Assembly: GCA_018055905.1 (NCBI GenBank)
Contig: JAGPGT010000001.1
Coordinates: forward strand, 1,075 to 65,074
DNA from: Phycisphaerae bacterium
GTDB lineage: Bacteria; Planctomycetota; Phycisphaerae; Sedimentisphaerales; Anaerobacaceae
Direction: 5' to 3'
DNA: 64,000 nucleotides
The notes under the pieces were generated by a model. It did not search any database. It had not been told where the DNA came from and worked only from the letters and a program-made list of their open reading frames with translations. The translations under genes and the position numbers were made by a program. Below, piece after piece: positions 18,337 through 27,646 of the stretch (its first letter is position 1; each line of letters opens with the position of its first letter).

Positions 18337-18518
18337 GGTCTGTGTGTTGAGAATCCAGTGCCCACGGATTCGCTCGGCAACGTGAGGAGAGGGTCATTGG
18401 CCGTTTCTCCGCCCGCCGACACAAACCATACGGCAAGGGGACGCCCACTCCCACTCTCGGCTGCTTCCATCCAAAAAGCCCTTGCAGGTCCTGGCCCGCC
18501 CAGTACACTGGGTGTCGT

Positions 18519-19526
18519 ATGAGAACCCTTACACAGCGTACGGAATTCGGGCAGGTCGGAAAGGGATGTGTCCTGACGATCGGGAATTTCGACGGCGTGC
18601 ACCTGGGCCACCAGGAGATCTTTCGTACCGCCCGACGGATCGCCCGTGAACGGGGTGCTCAGATGGTTGTTATGACCTTCGAACCGCACCCTGTGGCGAT
18701 TCTCCACCCGGAAAAAGCCCCCGGCGTATTGACGCCCCTGTCGTTGAAACTCCATCTACTGGAAGAATACGCGGACAACTGCATCATCGTCCTGGAAGAC
18801 AACAAGGATCTGCTGGGACTTTCGCCGGAAGCCTTCATCGACGAGTTTCTGATGGCTTCGATTCGTCCTTCGGTCATCGTGGAAGGCGACGATTTCCACT
18901 TCGGCACGGCCCGCGCCGGAGACGTCGGGACTTTGGCCGAGTTTGGAAGGACCAAGGGGTTCGAGGTCATCGTGGTTCCTCCGCGACAGATCGAAATCGA
19001 AACCACCAGCCAAGTCCTGCGGGTTTCGAGCACGATCGTGCGATTCATGCTTGAGGGGGGCCATGTGGCCGAGGCCGCTGCGGCTCTGTCCCGTCCCTAC
19101 CGTCTGATCGGTCCGATCGTCTCGGGCTGGGGTCGCGGTCGAAAACTAGGGTTTCCCACACTCAACATGCGTACCCCCCGGCAGATTATCCCAGCCGAAG
19201 GCGTCTACGCGGGTTTTGTTGAGACCGCCGGGTCGGAGAACGACCTTCTGCGAGAACGCAAGCAAGTTCCCGCCGTCTTCAGTATCGGGCAGGCCCGGAC
19301 CTTTGGGGACGAACATCCGTTGTTGATCGAGGCCCACCTGCTGATCGAAGGGGTGGGGGACCTGACCGGTCGTTGGATGGCGATGGACTTCGTGCAACGA
19401 ATCCGCAGCCAGCACAAGTTTGGTACACCCGAAGAACTTGCCAGGCAGATCGCCAAAGACTGCCAAGTGGCCAGGACTATTTTACAGAGCTCAAAGACAG
19501 GCAGTAGAGATAGGAGATCAGAATGA
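18519..19526 (+). CDS. ribF: Bifunctional riboflavin kinase / FMN adenylyltransferase
   Basis: VLTIGNFDGVHLGHQEIF, VMTFEPHP, C-terminal kinase part GWGRGRKLGFPTLNM...YAG...EAHLL. Confidence 0.9.
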   Translation: MRTLTQRTEFGQVGKGCVLTIGNFDGVHLGHQEIFRTARRIARERGAQMVVMTFEPHPVAILHPEKAPGVLTPLSLKLHLLEEYADNCIIVLEDNKDLLGLSPEAFIDEFLMASIRPSVIVEGDDFHFGTARAGDVGTLAEFGRTKGFEVIVVPPRQIEIETTSQVLRVSSTIVRFMLEGGHVAEAAAALSRPYRLIGPIVSGWGRGRKLGFPTLNMRTPRQIIPAEGVYAGFVETAGSENDLLRERKQVPAVFSIGQARTFGDEHPLLIEAHLLIEGVGDLTGRWMAMDFVQRIRSQHKFGTPEELARQIAKDCQVARTILQSSKTGSRDRRSE

Positions 19527-19789
19527 ACAAGGCCAGGCATCTCATTATCGGCATTCACATCTCGGATCGAGTACACAACGTCCCCGGCGTGCAGAACCTG
19601 CTCACCGAGTACGGTTGCAGCATCAAGACGCGAATCGGCCTGCACTCGGTCGATGACAAGTTCTGCTCGCCCAACGGGCTGATCCTGCTGGAAATGGCCG
19701 GCCCAGAGAAACCGACGTTTGAGTTGATCGAGAAGCTCAAAGCGATCGGCGGCGTGGATGTGCAGACGATGATCTTTGAACACGATTGA
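19523..19789 (+). CDS. Small ACT/NikR-C-like regulatory-domain protein (TM1266-like)
   Basis: ATGA overlap with the ribF stop. RHLIIGIHISDRVHNVPGVQNLLTEYGCSIKTRIGLH...LILLEMAG...LIEKLKAIGGVDVQTMIF matches my recollection of the TM1266/TIGR03959 family pattern. This is recollection only, not a search. Confidence 0.45.
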   Translation: MNKARHLIIGIHISDRVHNVPGVQNLLTEYGCSIKTRIGLHSVDDKFCSPNGLILLEMAGPEKPTFELIEKLKAIGGVDVQTMIFEHD

Positions 19790-20877
19790 CGCTAGGACCC
19801 GAACCGCAAGAGGGTTTGGGGTTTTGCCACGAGGGGTACGGACCCGTCGAGGAAGAAAGGCGTTCTGTGAGTCTTGAGGCATGTCAACGTGCCGTCGAGC
19901 TGATCGACGGCGCGAATCACATTCTGGTGACCACCCACATCCGCCCCGACGGCGATGCCTGCGGGTGCGTCGCTGCGATGGCGGAGGTGTTGAAGGACCG
20001 CGGCAAGACGGTACACTCTCTGTTCGTTTCCCCCGTCCCCGACGGGTATGTGTTTCTCTTCGAGGAGAAGGTCCCTGTGCTTGGGGAGGATGTCCACGTC
20101 CAGGCCCTTCTCGATGGCGATTGGGGACCGATCGATCTGATCGTGATTTTGGACACCAACAGTTACGGCCAACTGTCGGATTTCGAGACGTATGTCAGAC
20201 GCAGCGGCGTGCCGATCCTGATTTTCGACCATCATGTGACCTCGGATAAGCTGGGGCAGGTCGAGGTTGTCGATTCCACCGCTGCGGCGGCCGGTCTGGT
20301 GTTGTTGGAGTTTCTCGATCAGGTCGGTTGGCCGATCCCGCCCAAAGTGGCCCAGGCTCTGTTTGTGTCGATTGCCACCGATACCGGCTGGTTTCATCTT
20401 CGCAACACCGACAGCCGAGTGTTCCGTCGGTGTGCTGAGTTGATCGAGGCGGGTGTTGATCCGAACGACCTTTATCGCAGGCTCTACCAGACCTTCTCCT
20501 ACGCTCGTTTCAAGCTGATGTCTGTGATGTTCGACCGCCTCGAACTCCACCTGGACGGTCGATATGCGTCGCAGTACCTTCTCCGTGAGGATTTCGAGCG
20601 GACCGGCGCCGCCTACCGCGATACGGAGAACCTGATCAATGAGTGCCAGCGGATCGCGTCGGTGGCGGTGGCGGCTCTGTTCATGGAGCTGCGCGACGGA
20701 CGCATCCGCTGTTCATTGCGAAGTCGGCCCGAGGGCGAGCGGGTGGTGGATGTCAGCGAGATCGCGGGCCGGTTCGGCGGAGGAGGCCACAAGATGGCGG
20801 CAGGGACCTATCTGCCGGCGCCTATCGAGCACGCGATGAAACTGATTTTCGACGAAGTGGCCAAGCGACTGGGCTGA
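19786..20877 (+). CDS. DHH/DHHA1 phosphoesterase (NrnA-like nanoRNase / pAp phosphatase)
   Basis: ILVTTHIRPDGDACGCVAAM, VILDTN, IFDHH, ATDTGWF, GGGGHKMAAG. Start uncertain: TTG 19786 as listed, or GTG 19867 preceded by GAGGAAGAAAGG. Confidence 0.85.
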   Translation: MTLGPEPQEGLGFCHEGYGPVEEERRSVSLEACQRAVELIDGANHILVTTHIRPDGDACGCVAAMAEVLKDRGKTVHSLFVSPVPDGYVFLFEEKVPVLGEDVHVQALLDGDWGPIDLIVILDTNSYGQLSDFETYVRRSGVPILIFDHHVTSDKLGQVEVVDSTAAAAGLVLLEFLDQVGWPIPPKVAQALFVSIATDTGWFHLRNTDSRVFRRCAELIEAGVDPNDLYRRLYQTFSYARFKLMSVMFDRLELHLDGRYASQYLLREDFERTGAAYRDTENLINECQRIASVAVAALFMELRDGRIRCSLRSRPEGERVVDVSEIAGRFGGGGHKMAAGTYLPAPIEHAMKLIFDEVAKRLG

Positions 20878-21454
20878 ACGCAACTTGTTCGCACGGTGCC
20901 TGCCGGGAACAAGCTGGCCGAGAATCCGCGCCGGACGGCCACGGGTGTTTTTTGCAGGCTTGCCGACATAATTTGTCTGAACTGGTTACAGATACGCAGG
21001 CACGTGCCAATGACTTTTCCCATCGGTTGCGGATTTTCGCGATTGTCCTGGCGTCCCTTACTGCGGCGGGGGCGCGGGTCGTACTGTCGGTTCTGCTGTA
21101 TACGCCCGACGGTGTGAGCACGAACGGACTGATCCCCCACAACCGACGCGCTGATCATGTTGTTGATCGTGATGGCTCGGCTTCCGATTGTGTAGTTTCT
21201 TTATTCCTGAATGTCGGCACGCTGGGTTCTTCTAGGCTCTGGCGGCACGGGGCACCCACCTGACGCCTCTGAGGGAGGAGGGGCTCTGGCGGGGATTTGT
21301 GCAAGGTGTGTTGGAATGGGCGGGAGGCCCTCTGCCGGCCTTGGTGGGGCAGGTTGTTCTCTTCGTATCAGCTCATCTGACGTTTTGCGTGCGCCGCTTG
21401 ACCGCGGGACGCATCGAGCGTAAACTGGAGGAGGTTTCGCTGAAAGGTCCCGCG

Positions 21455-22351
21455 ATGCCCCTATGGAACAACATAGCGGAGTTGATGGACTACTACCTCC
21501 CCCCTTTGCCCACTGTTTACTGGTTCGACATCATCCGGTTGTGCAATCTCAAGTGCGTGATGTGCCCGCAATCCCAGGGGCTCAGGCCGTTGCGGGACAA
21601 AATGTCGATCGAAGTGTTCCGCCACGCGATCGACGACATTTGCGAGAATCGCCCCTTGGTCAAGCTGTATCTCTCGGGGGAACCGTTGCTCCACCAGCAA
21701 CTGTTCGAGATGATCGAGTACGCCGGAGACCATGGATGCCGGACCATGTTGCACACGAATGCGACGGTTCTGACGAAGAAAATGGCCGAGCGGGTTCTGT
21801 CGTCTTCGCTGGACTTTCTGTGCTTTTCCTTTGACGGCTGTTCACCGGCGGTCTATGAGAAACTTCGGCCGCCTTCGCAATTCGGGCACGTCAAGTCCAA
21901 CATCCTCCAGTACCTGTCCCTACGGCGGCAACAGGGCGGGGCGGGTCCCAGAACGTCGATCGAGATCATCCTCATGGGCGAAACCGTCGATAAGATCGAC
22001 ACCTTCGTCGAAGAATGGCGAGGCATGGGCGTGGACGACGTGCACATCGCCCAATACACGACTTGGCACGGCCTGGTAGACGACCGTCGAGTGAGGAAGC
22101 CGCCTCGCCCGGTAGGGTACAAACCTTGCGCCGCGCCGTTCTCATACGGGTGTATCCTGGCCGACGGGACCGTAGTGCCGTGTTGCCTCGACGTGAATGG
22201 GCGCATGCCCCTGGGCAACATCGCCGACGGCGGTTTCCGCGCGATTTGGTCGGGCAACGAGTTTCGGCAACTAAGGCTTCAGATGCTCGCCGGTACCCTG
22301 GAGCCCGGGGGGCTCTGCGAACGCTGCGACAACATCTCTCGGGAAATCTAA
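21455..22351 (+). CDS. Radical SAM enzyme with C-terminal SPASM-type Cys cluster
   Basis: CNLKCVMC (CxxxCxxC) near the N-terminus. C-terminal CAAPFSYGCILADGTVVPCC...LCERC. An in-frame upstream extension to GTG 21299 also looks coding-like, so the start is uncertain. Confidence 0.8.
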   Translation: MPLWNNIAELMDYYLPPLPTVYWFDIIRLCNLKCVMCPQSQGLRPLRDKMSIEVFRHAIDDICENRPLVKLYLSGEPLLHQQLFEMIEYAGDHGCRTMLHTNATVLTKKMAERVLSSSLDFLCFSFDGCSPAVYEKLRPPSQFGHVKSNILQYLSLRRQQGGAGPRTSIEIILMGETVDKIDTFVEEWRGMGVDDVHIAQYTTWHGLVDDRRVRKPPRPVGYKPCAAPFSYGCILADGTVVPCCLDVNGRMPLGNIADGGFRAIWSGNEFRQLRLQMLAGTLEPGGLCERCDNISREI

Positions 22352-22399
22352 AGCTATTTCCTGTTCACGCAAGGACCTATGATCCTGTTTTTTGCCTGT

Positions 22400-22436
22400 G
22401 CAAAAGAAACGCCGCCCGATGGGTATCGGGCGGCGG
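22400..22436 (-). terminator. Intrinsic terminator for the PPIase gene (possibly bidirectional)
   Basis: Perfect 11-bp GC-rich stem CGCCGCCCGAT/ATCGGGCGGCG (22410-22420 / 22425-22435) with a 4-nt loop. On the minus strand it is followed by TTTCTTTTG. Lies 50 nt past the stop at 22485. Confidence 0.7.
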
Positions 22437-22484
22437 AGTGAATTTGAGGTTTATCCTCGGAGCAAGCGAGGACAGGGAATATGT

Positions 22485-23399
22485 CTAACCTTTGGCTTTT
22501 TCTTCGATTTTGGCTTTGAGGATCTTGAGCTCTTCTTTGGGGGTGCCCTGCGGGGCGGTGCCTGCTGCTTCGAGCTTCTTTACCGTGTCCTGGCCTTCGA
22601 CGACCTCCCCGAAGATGGTGTGCTTGCCGTCCAACCAGGGGGTGGGTTTGAACGTGATGAAGAACTGGCTGCCGTCGGTGTTCGGGCCGGCGTTGGCCAT
22701 GCTCACGAGGTAAGGACGATCATGCTTGACATTCGGACTGAATTCCCCGGCGTATTGATAACCCGGGCCGTGTCGACCGTCGCCGACCGGGTCGCCGCCC
22801 TGGGCCATGAAGTCCGGGATTACGCGATGAAAGATCGTTCCGTCGTAGAAGCCTTTCTCCGTCAGGAACATTGTGCTGGTGACGTGCATCGGAGCCACCT
22901 CGGGCATCAGCTTGATTTTGATGTTGCCCTTGTTCGTCTCCAGGACCCAGAAGTAGTCTTTCTTCGCGTCAAACTGGCGGAGTTCAGGTTTTGTCAGTTT
23001 CAATTTCCATTCATTGTCTTTGCCGAGTTTTGCCATGGCCTCTTCCTCTTGTTTGGCCCGTTGTTTAGCGATCTCTTCCTGTCTCTGTTTGGCTTTGGCC
23101 TCGCGTTCCTTTTCCCACGGGCCCATGACCTTCTCCTGATCTTCCACGCTGAACGGAGACGGCTTTCCGCTCAAAGCCTCCTGGAGGCCCTTGATGAATA
23201 GGGGCATGTTCACTTGGACGTCCTGGGTCCTCAGCATGCTGGCGATCTGGCTGGCGATCCGTGTGCCGAGAATGTAGCTGACCTTGTCTGCGTCCGTCTT
23301 GAAATCATTGGGATCCGCGGCCCGCGCCGTTCCGGCGAGAATCGCCGCGGTGAAAGCGCCGAGAATCAACAACATGCGTAGCTGTCTGCCAGCGGTCAT
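22485..23399 (-). CDS. Secreted peptidyl-prolyl isomerase: FKBP_N-like N-terminal domain fused to a cyclophilin catalytic domain
   Basis: GGAGG 8 nt upstream of ATG 23399. Signal peptide. DADKVSYILGTRIASQ...FIKGLQEALSGK resembles the FkpA/Mip N-domain. C-terminus FHRVIPDFMAQGGDP...SMANAGPNTDGSQFFIT...WLDGKHTIFG is cyclophilin-type. Confidence 0.85.
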   Translation of the reverse strand: MTAGRQLRMLLILGAFTAAILAGTARAADPNDFKTDADKVSYILGTRIASQIASMLRTQDVQVNMPLFIKGLQEALSGKPSPFSVEDQEKVMGPWEKEREAKAKQRQEEIAKQRAKQEEEAMAKLGKDNEWKLKLTKPELRQFDAKKDYFWVLETNKGNIKIKLMPEVAPMHVTSTMFLTEKGFYDGTIFHRVIPDFMAQGGDPVGDGRHGPGYQYAGEFSPNVKHDRPYLVSMANAGPNTDGSQFFITFKPTPWLDGKHTIFGEVVEGQDTVKKLEAAGTAPQGTPKEELKILKAKIEEKAKG

Positions 23400-23590
23400 G
23401 ATCGAAACCTCCAAAGAATCCAATCTGCTATTCGTCGCACGACAAAAACTTCAGCTTAGCCATCTTCCGGGGCTGCGTCAACCTTCTCGTCAATCAAAGA
23501 AAGGACTGACGCACAGGGACAAATCCGGGCCTGGATGCCCAAGCCGCTGCAAGCGGCTCCGATAGAGTTGTCGTGAATCGAGCCCGGTGT

Positions 23591-24379
23591 CTACACCCGA
23601 GCGTTTTCGACCGCGGCCAGCCAGGTCCGGCCCATCAGGTACGCGCCGGCCATCGTGGGGTGGACACCGTCGCCGGCCCAGTGGGCGGGCGGAGCCTTCT
23701 TGACCGCCTCGTCGAAGGCCGACTGGAACGGCACGAAGACCGCGCCGAACTCGGTGGCCAGTTTCTTCGCCGCCGCCCGGTAGCCGTCGAAGTCGGGGAA
23801 CCACTTCTCGTTCACCGCTCCCGTGCGGAGCACGAACGGCTCGCAGACGACCAGCTTCACGCCCGGCAGTTCCTTCTTCGTCCGCGCCAGGAGCGCGCGG
23901 TAGTCTTTCTCGTAGATCTCGATTGTGCCGTTGTACTGGCCATTGAGCTTGTGCCAGATGTCGTTGACGCCGATCAGGATGCTGACGAGATTCGGTTTGA
24001 GCGAAATGCAGTCCTTGTCCCACCGCTCGGCGAGCTGGAAGACCTTGTGACCGCTGATGCCGCGGTTGTAGATCTTCAGATTGGCGTCGGCACGCTCGGC
24101 CAGTAGGTGCGAGGCGATCATGAAGACGTAACCGCCGCCCAGGGGGCGTGGTTCGTTCGGGTTACCTTCCCGTCCTCGGTCCCGGCCGGCGTCGGTGATC
24201 GAATCGCCCTGGAACAGGATCGTGTCGCCGGCGGCGATGAGTCCGCCAGAGGCCTTCCCGGCGAGCGGCCGCTTGGCGGATTGGGAACAGCCGGAGAGCG
24301 CAATAGCTGAGATTGCGGCCGCTTGGCCCAGGAGAGAACGCCGAGAGGTCCGCACATCCATTGCAGACGTATGGGTCAT
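23591..24379 (-). CDS. SGNH/GDSL-family hydrolase with Tat-type signal
   Basis: Start at MTHTSAMDVRTSRRSLLGQAAA (twin-arginine). SGNH blocks FQGDSITDAGR, GISGHKV, GVNDIW, DGVHPT. The listed ORF 23591..24748 is an upstream extension. Confidence 0.85.
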   Translation of the reverse strand: MTHTSAMDVRTSRRSLLGQAAAISAIALSGCSQSAKRPLAGKASGGLIAAGDTILFQGDSITDAGRDRGREGNPNEPRPLGGGYVFMIASHLLAERADANLKIYNRGISGHKVFQLAERWDKDCISLKPNLVSILIGVNDIWHKLNGQYNGTIEIYEKDYRALLARTKKELPGVKLVVCEPFVLRTGAVNEKWFPDFDGYRAAAKKLATEFGAVFVPFQSAFDEAVKKAPPAHWAGDGVHPTMAGAYLMGRTWLAAVENARV

Positions 24380-24802
24380 GTCATTTCCCTTCAACCGAAT
24401 TGTTGTGTGTTCTTCTACCGGGGCAGCAATCCCCACGGTTTGGATCGCACCATGGTACCATCGCTTCCTTAGGTATGCCAGCGGAATTGTCCCTGTCTGT
24501 GGAAGGGGTGTCTGTGCAGATTTCCGACCATGCAGCGGGGAACGGCACGCCCGGAACGGTCGTGCGAAGGAGGTTCTTTGCGTTTTGCCGGCAGCATGAC
24601 GGAGGCCGCCCACCCCCACACGAAATCTGGTCCCCCACACGGACGTGGGGATGATGGTTCTTGCGGTTCTGCGGCGCAGAGATCTCCCGCCAAACACGTC
24701 CCCTGAATGCGATCCGCCCGCTATACGCATGTGACGATGGTGATGCACCCACGGTCGGGTCCTACTCAGGGTGATGCCATAAGGCGTTATCTTCCTCTTC
24801 CC

Positions 24803-26026
24803 CTATCGAGAGGACGCGTTGGGATCAACGGGAGTCGCTCGACGTTCGGTGTGGGCGAAGATACCGTAACCGCTACCATCCTGGTTGTTGCTTTCCCAAA
24901 CCGCGATGAACGAGCCGTCGGCGGTCATCGCCACATCTGCGTATCTTTGCTTGTCGAGCGTATAACTGTTGAGGCGGGTCTCCTCGCCCATAGGTGCGCC
25001 GTCAGAGGTGAATCGCCGAGCGTAAATGTCGACGCCTGTGTTGGGATCGCCTGTGTCGCATTCCCAGACGATGACGAATTCGTTCGAGTCGCTGATCGCG
25101 ACCTGAGGCCATTGCTGGGCGCCGCTGCGAATCGCGTTGGCCATGAAGGGCTCGCCTCGCGCAGCGCCGTTGGGATCGTAGAGCCTTGCGTAGATGTCGT
25201 CGTCGGCCGCGCGGTTCGGATCGCCGTCCCACGTAATGACGAACCAGCCTTGCGAGTTCATCGCGACGGACGGACGCGTCACGCTGGCGATGCCCGTTGT
25301 GTTGACCGCGAAGGGGGCGGTTCGTGGCACGCCGTTGGGATCGAAGAGTCTGGCCATGATCGGATGGCTGGATCGGTCCCGCATCCAGGTCACGACGAAG
25401 TTGCCTCGGGCGTCCATCGCGGCGTCCGGATAGCGGCAGTCGTAGATGTCGGGGTCCACCAGAATCTCATCGCCCACCCCGGCGCCGTTGGGATCGAACC
25501 GCTGGGCGCACAGGAACGTCTGATCGCCGTACACGGTGGTTTCCCGACTCTCCCATGCGACGAGGAACACGCCTTCGCCGCCGGCTGCGACGCATGGATA
25601 GAGTTGTCGCCCATTCGTTCGGAGGTTGACGAGCAGATCGCCGGTGATGGGAATTCGCTGCGGGTCGTACATTCGCATGAGAACGTCTTCATCCGGACCG
25701 GGACTCTGCCAGACGACCGCCAAATTCCCGAGACCATCGATCACCACCGCCGCCTCGGTCTGATTGCCTTGATTAATGGCGTTTACCGGGAACTCGTCCC
25801 CCGTCGGGACGCCGGCCGCGTCGAGTCGTCGGGCGAGGATGTCGTTGGATCGCCCACCCGTCGAGTAATAGCTGCTCCACACGACTATTGCGCCGCCGCG
25901 AGGATCTGGGGCGATGGCGGCGCCGGTTTGAGCTCCGCTGGTTCGGATGTTGACTTGGATTTCCCCAGTGGCCTGCGACGACAGAAGAATCGCAATGGTT
26001 GTGCAGTACGTTAGCAGTCTGGACAT
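24803..26026 (-). CDS. Secreted protein made of seven ~55-aa repeats (probable 7-bladed beta-propeller), uncharacterised repeat family
   Basis: AGGAGG 8 nt upstream of ATG 26026. Signal peptide MSRLLTYCTTIAILLSS. Seven repeats ending VVWSS, VVWQS, VAWES, VTWMR, ITWDG, IVWEC, AVWES, each followed by ...DI.AR.FD..G...G.EF.VN.... Confidence 0.7.
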   Translation of the reverse strand: MSRLLTYCTTIAILLSSQATGEIQVNIRTSGAQTGAAIAPDPRGGAIVVWSSYYSTGGRSNDILARRLDAAGVPTGDEFPVNAINQGNQTEAAVVIDGLGNLAVVWQSPGPDEDVLMRMYDPQRIPITGDLLVNLRTNGRQLYPCVAAGGEGVFLVAWESRETTVYGDQTFLCAQRFDPNGAGVGDEILVDPDIYDCRYPDAAMDARGNFVVTWMRDRSSHPIMARLFDPNGVPRTAPFAVNTTGIASVTRPSVAMNSQGWFVITWDGDPNRAADDDIYARLYDPNGAARGEPFMANAIRSGAQQWPQVAISDSNEFVIVWECDTGDPNTGVDIYARRFTSDGAPMGEETRLNSYTLDKQRYADVAMTADGSFIAVWESNNQDGSGYGIFAHTERRATPVDPNASSR

Positions 26027-26596
26027 GATCATTCCCTCCTTCCGGTTGTTCGAACGGTTCTGCGGCCTCCCTCGGGCAACGGGCATACACTTCCCGCCCG
26101 GCTTATTTCGCTTGCCTGCGAACGAAAGCCGTAACAAAGCTTCTCCCAGGCTTGGGTACATATCAAGCCCCGGGAGAAAATTCACTTTTCGGACTAATCC
26201 GTGATGCCGATCTCGCTGTCGTATCTGTTCTGCAGTGACTCCACGCTGACTCGCTCGCCTGTCAGCACTATTTTACTATACACAATCTCGGAGGTTTTTC
26301 CAGAAGAAAGTTCAAAATTTTATGTGCGAAATGCCTATGCCGATTTTCAGACACATGGTTTCGTGTGGCCTGCACGCCCGAAACGTTCGTGCAGGGTGCA
26401 TTCTCCGCTTTCGTATCAACGGAAGAGACAAAAGCGGGGACGTGCGAAAACGTGGAGACGTGAGAACTTCTGTGGTAACGCTTGTACAGTGCAGCCGTTG
26501 CTCGCTTGTAGAGCGGGCATTGTGCTCCTGGGCTACCGCGACAGATGCCTGCCGTGAAGTGGAAGATTCCGGATCAATCGGATCCCTTCTTCGTCT

Positions 26597-26806
26597 TCAC
26601 CGATTCAGAACGGGGTTGATCCGCCGCAGTTTATGCTGCTCGATGGCCCGGCTGATCCAGCCGGTCAGGCCACATTGGTAGGTGTATTCGTTCGGGTCGC
26701 GAAGCTCGTCGAGTTCAAAGGGACCGGCCGCCCCGACGATTCGACCAAAGGTGTCGCTTTCAACCGCGTATACCTGTCCGTTTGCATGCTGCCAAAAGGT
26801 CTTCAT
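26597..26806 (-). CDS. Hypothetical small protein (69 aa)
   Basis: GAGGTG 5 nt upstream of ATG 26806. MKTFWQHANGQVYAVESDTFGRIVGAAGPFELDELRD.... No motif recognised. Confidence 0.4.
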   Translation of the reverse strand: MKTFWQHANGQVYAVESDTFGRIVGAAGPFELDELRDPNEYTYQCGLTGWISRAIEQHKLRRINPVLNR

Positions 26807-27042
26807 AGGCACCTCACTGCAAAGTATATGATACGGCAGGGCTTCGCGGCAAGCGGGCAAACACCTGGTTTGAGAACCGGTTTCGGGGGGTATGCCGTCG
26901 GTTTTTATCGGGGCCAGGAGCGGTTCCACGGCGTCTTGTGTTCCACGGTCACGGCAGTACAATCATCAGGCGCAACGACGGACCAAGGGGACTTCTGAGC
27001 CGCCGATGCACAGGACATCCGAGGTTTCGAAGGAGACTGTCG

Positions 27043-27537
27043 ATGGATGGGAGAGAAGGTCGAGCGATTCTGATCGTGGTGGCAATTCTGGTAGTTGCTG
27101 TGGTATTGCTGGCCGCATTGGGCTTGCAGACGCATCGGGACTATGCCTTTATCTGCGAGAACACCGGCTCTCACAAGGGCGACCGCCAGTGGTGCCTCGG
27201 GTGGCAGACACGAGAGTGGTATCGGGAGAGCCATTTCGAACAATTCATGCGGGCCCAACATCCGACCGAATTGCGATATCGATGGACGAGTTACAGCGGA
27301 ACGGGTAAGAACCTCTTCGGCCGGCCCATTCTGTTCGGCCATGAGATGCCCCAGGTGGGTTGGGTGGTCATGAAGCAGTCGTGGTTCGACAGCTACGTGG
27401 ACACCCTGGACGACACCGACAAACTCGAACTGCATCGCGTGCTTGCTTCGGGCAATCCCCTTGCCATCCAGGCCGAGGAGAAGAAGATCGAGGAGGTGCT
27501 TCTCAGTTCAGCGGCGAGGAATCGCACTGGGCCGTAG
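27043..27537 (+). CDS. Hypothetical membrane-anchored protein
   Basis: AGGAG 7 nt upstream of ATG 27043. N-terminal TM helix AILIVVAILVVAVVLLAALGL. No domain recognised. Confidence 0.5.
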   Translation: MDGREGRAILIVVAILVVAVVLLAALGLQTHRDYAFICENTGSHKGDRQWCLGWQTREWYRESHFEQFMRAQHPTELRYRWTSYSGTGKNLFGRPILFGHEMPQVGWVVMKQSWFDSYVDTLDDTDKLELHRVLASGNPLAIQAEEKKIEEVLLSSAARNRTGP

Positions 27538-27646
27538 CGGAAGAAACTGGATTCGCAGTGATGCAGCGGATATCCTATCCAAAGAATGTGATCGGATACC
27601 CGTGTGAGCGGATTCCAGAGAACAGGAGTTTTCGGGAGGTGCAAGT

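Noticed and set aside
21211-21423. Gly/Cys-rich 70-aa ORF ending 31 nt upstream of the radical SAM/SPASM gene; tempting as a RiPP precursor
   Set aside because: By my hand count only about half of its third codon positions are G/C, against roughly three quarters in real genes here. It has no SD-like sequence, and the overlapping in-frame N-terminal extension of the enzyme has better codon statistics. Kept only as a caveat in the radical SAM finding.
24707-26014. 435-aa plus-strand ORF
   Set aside because: Fully antisense to the seven-repeat secreted protein, which has an SD, a signal peptide and clear internal repeats. The translation is Arg/Gly/Val-rich with no motifs.
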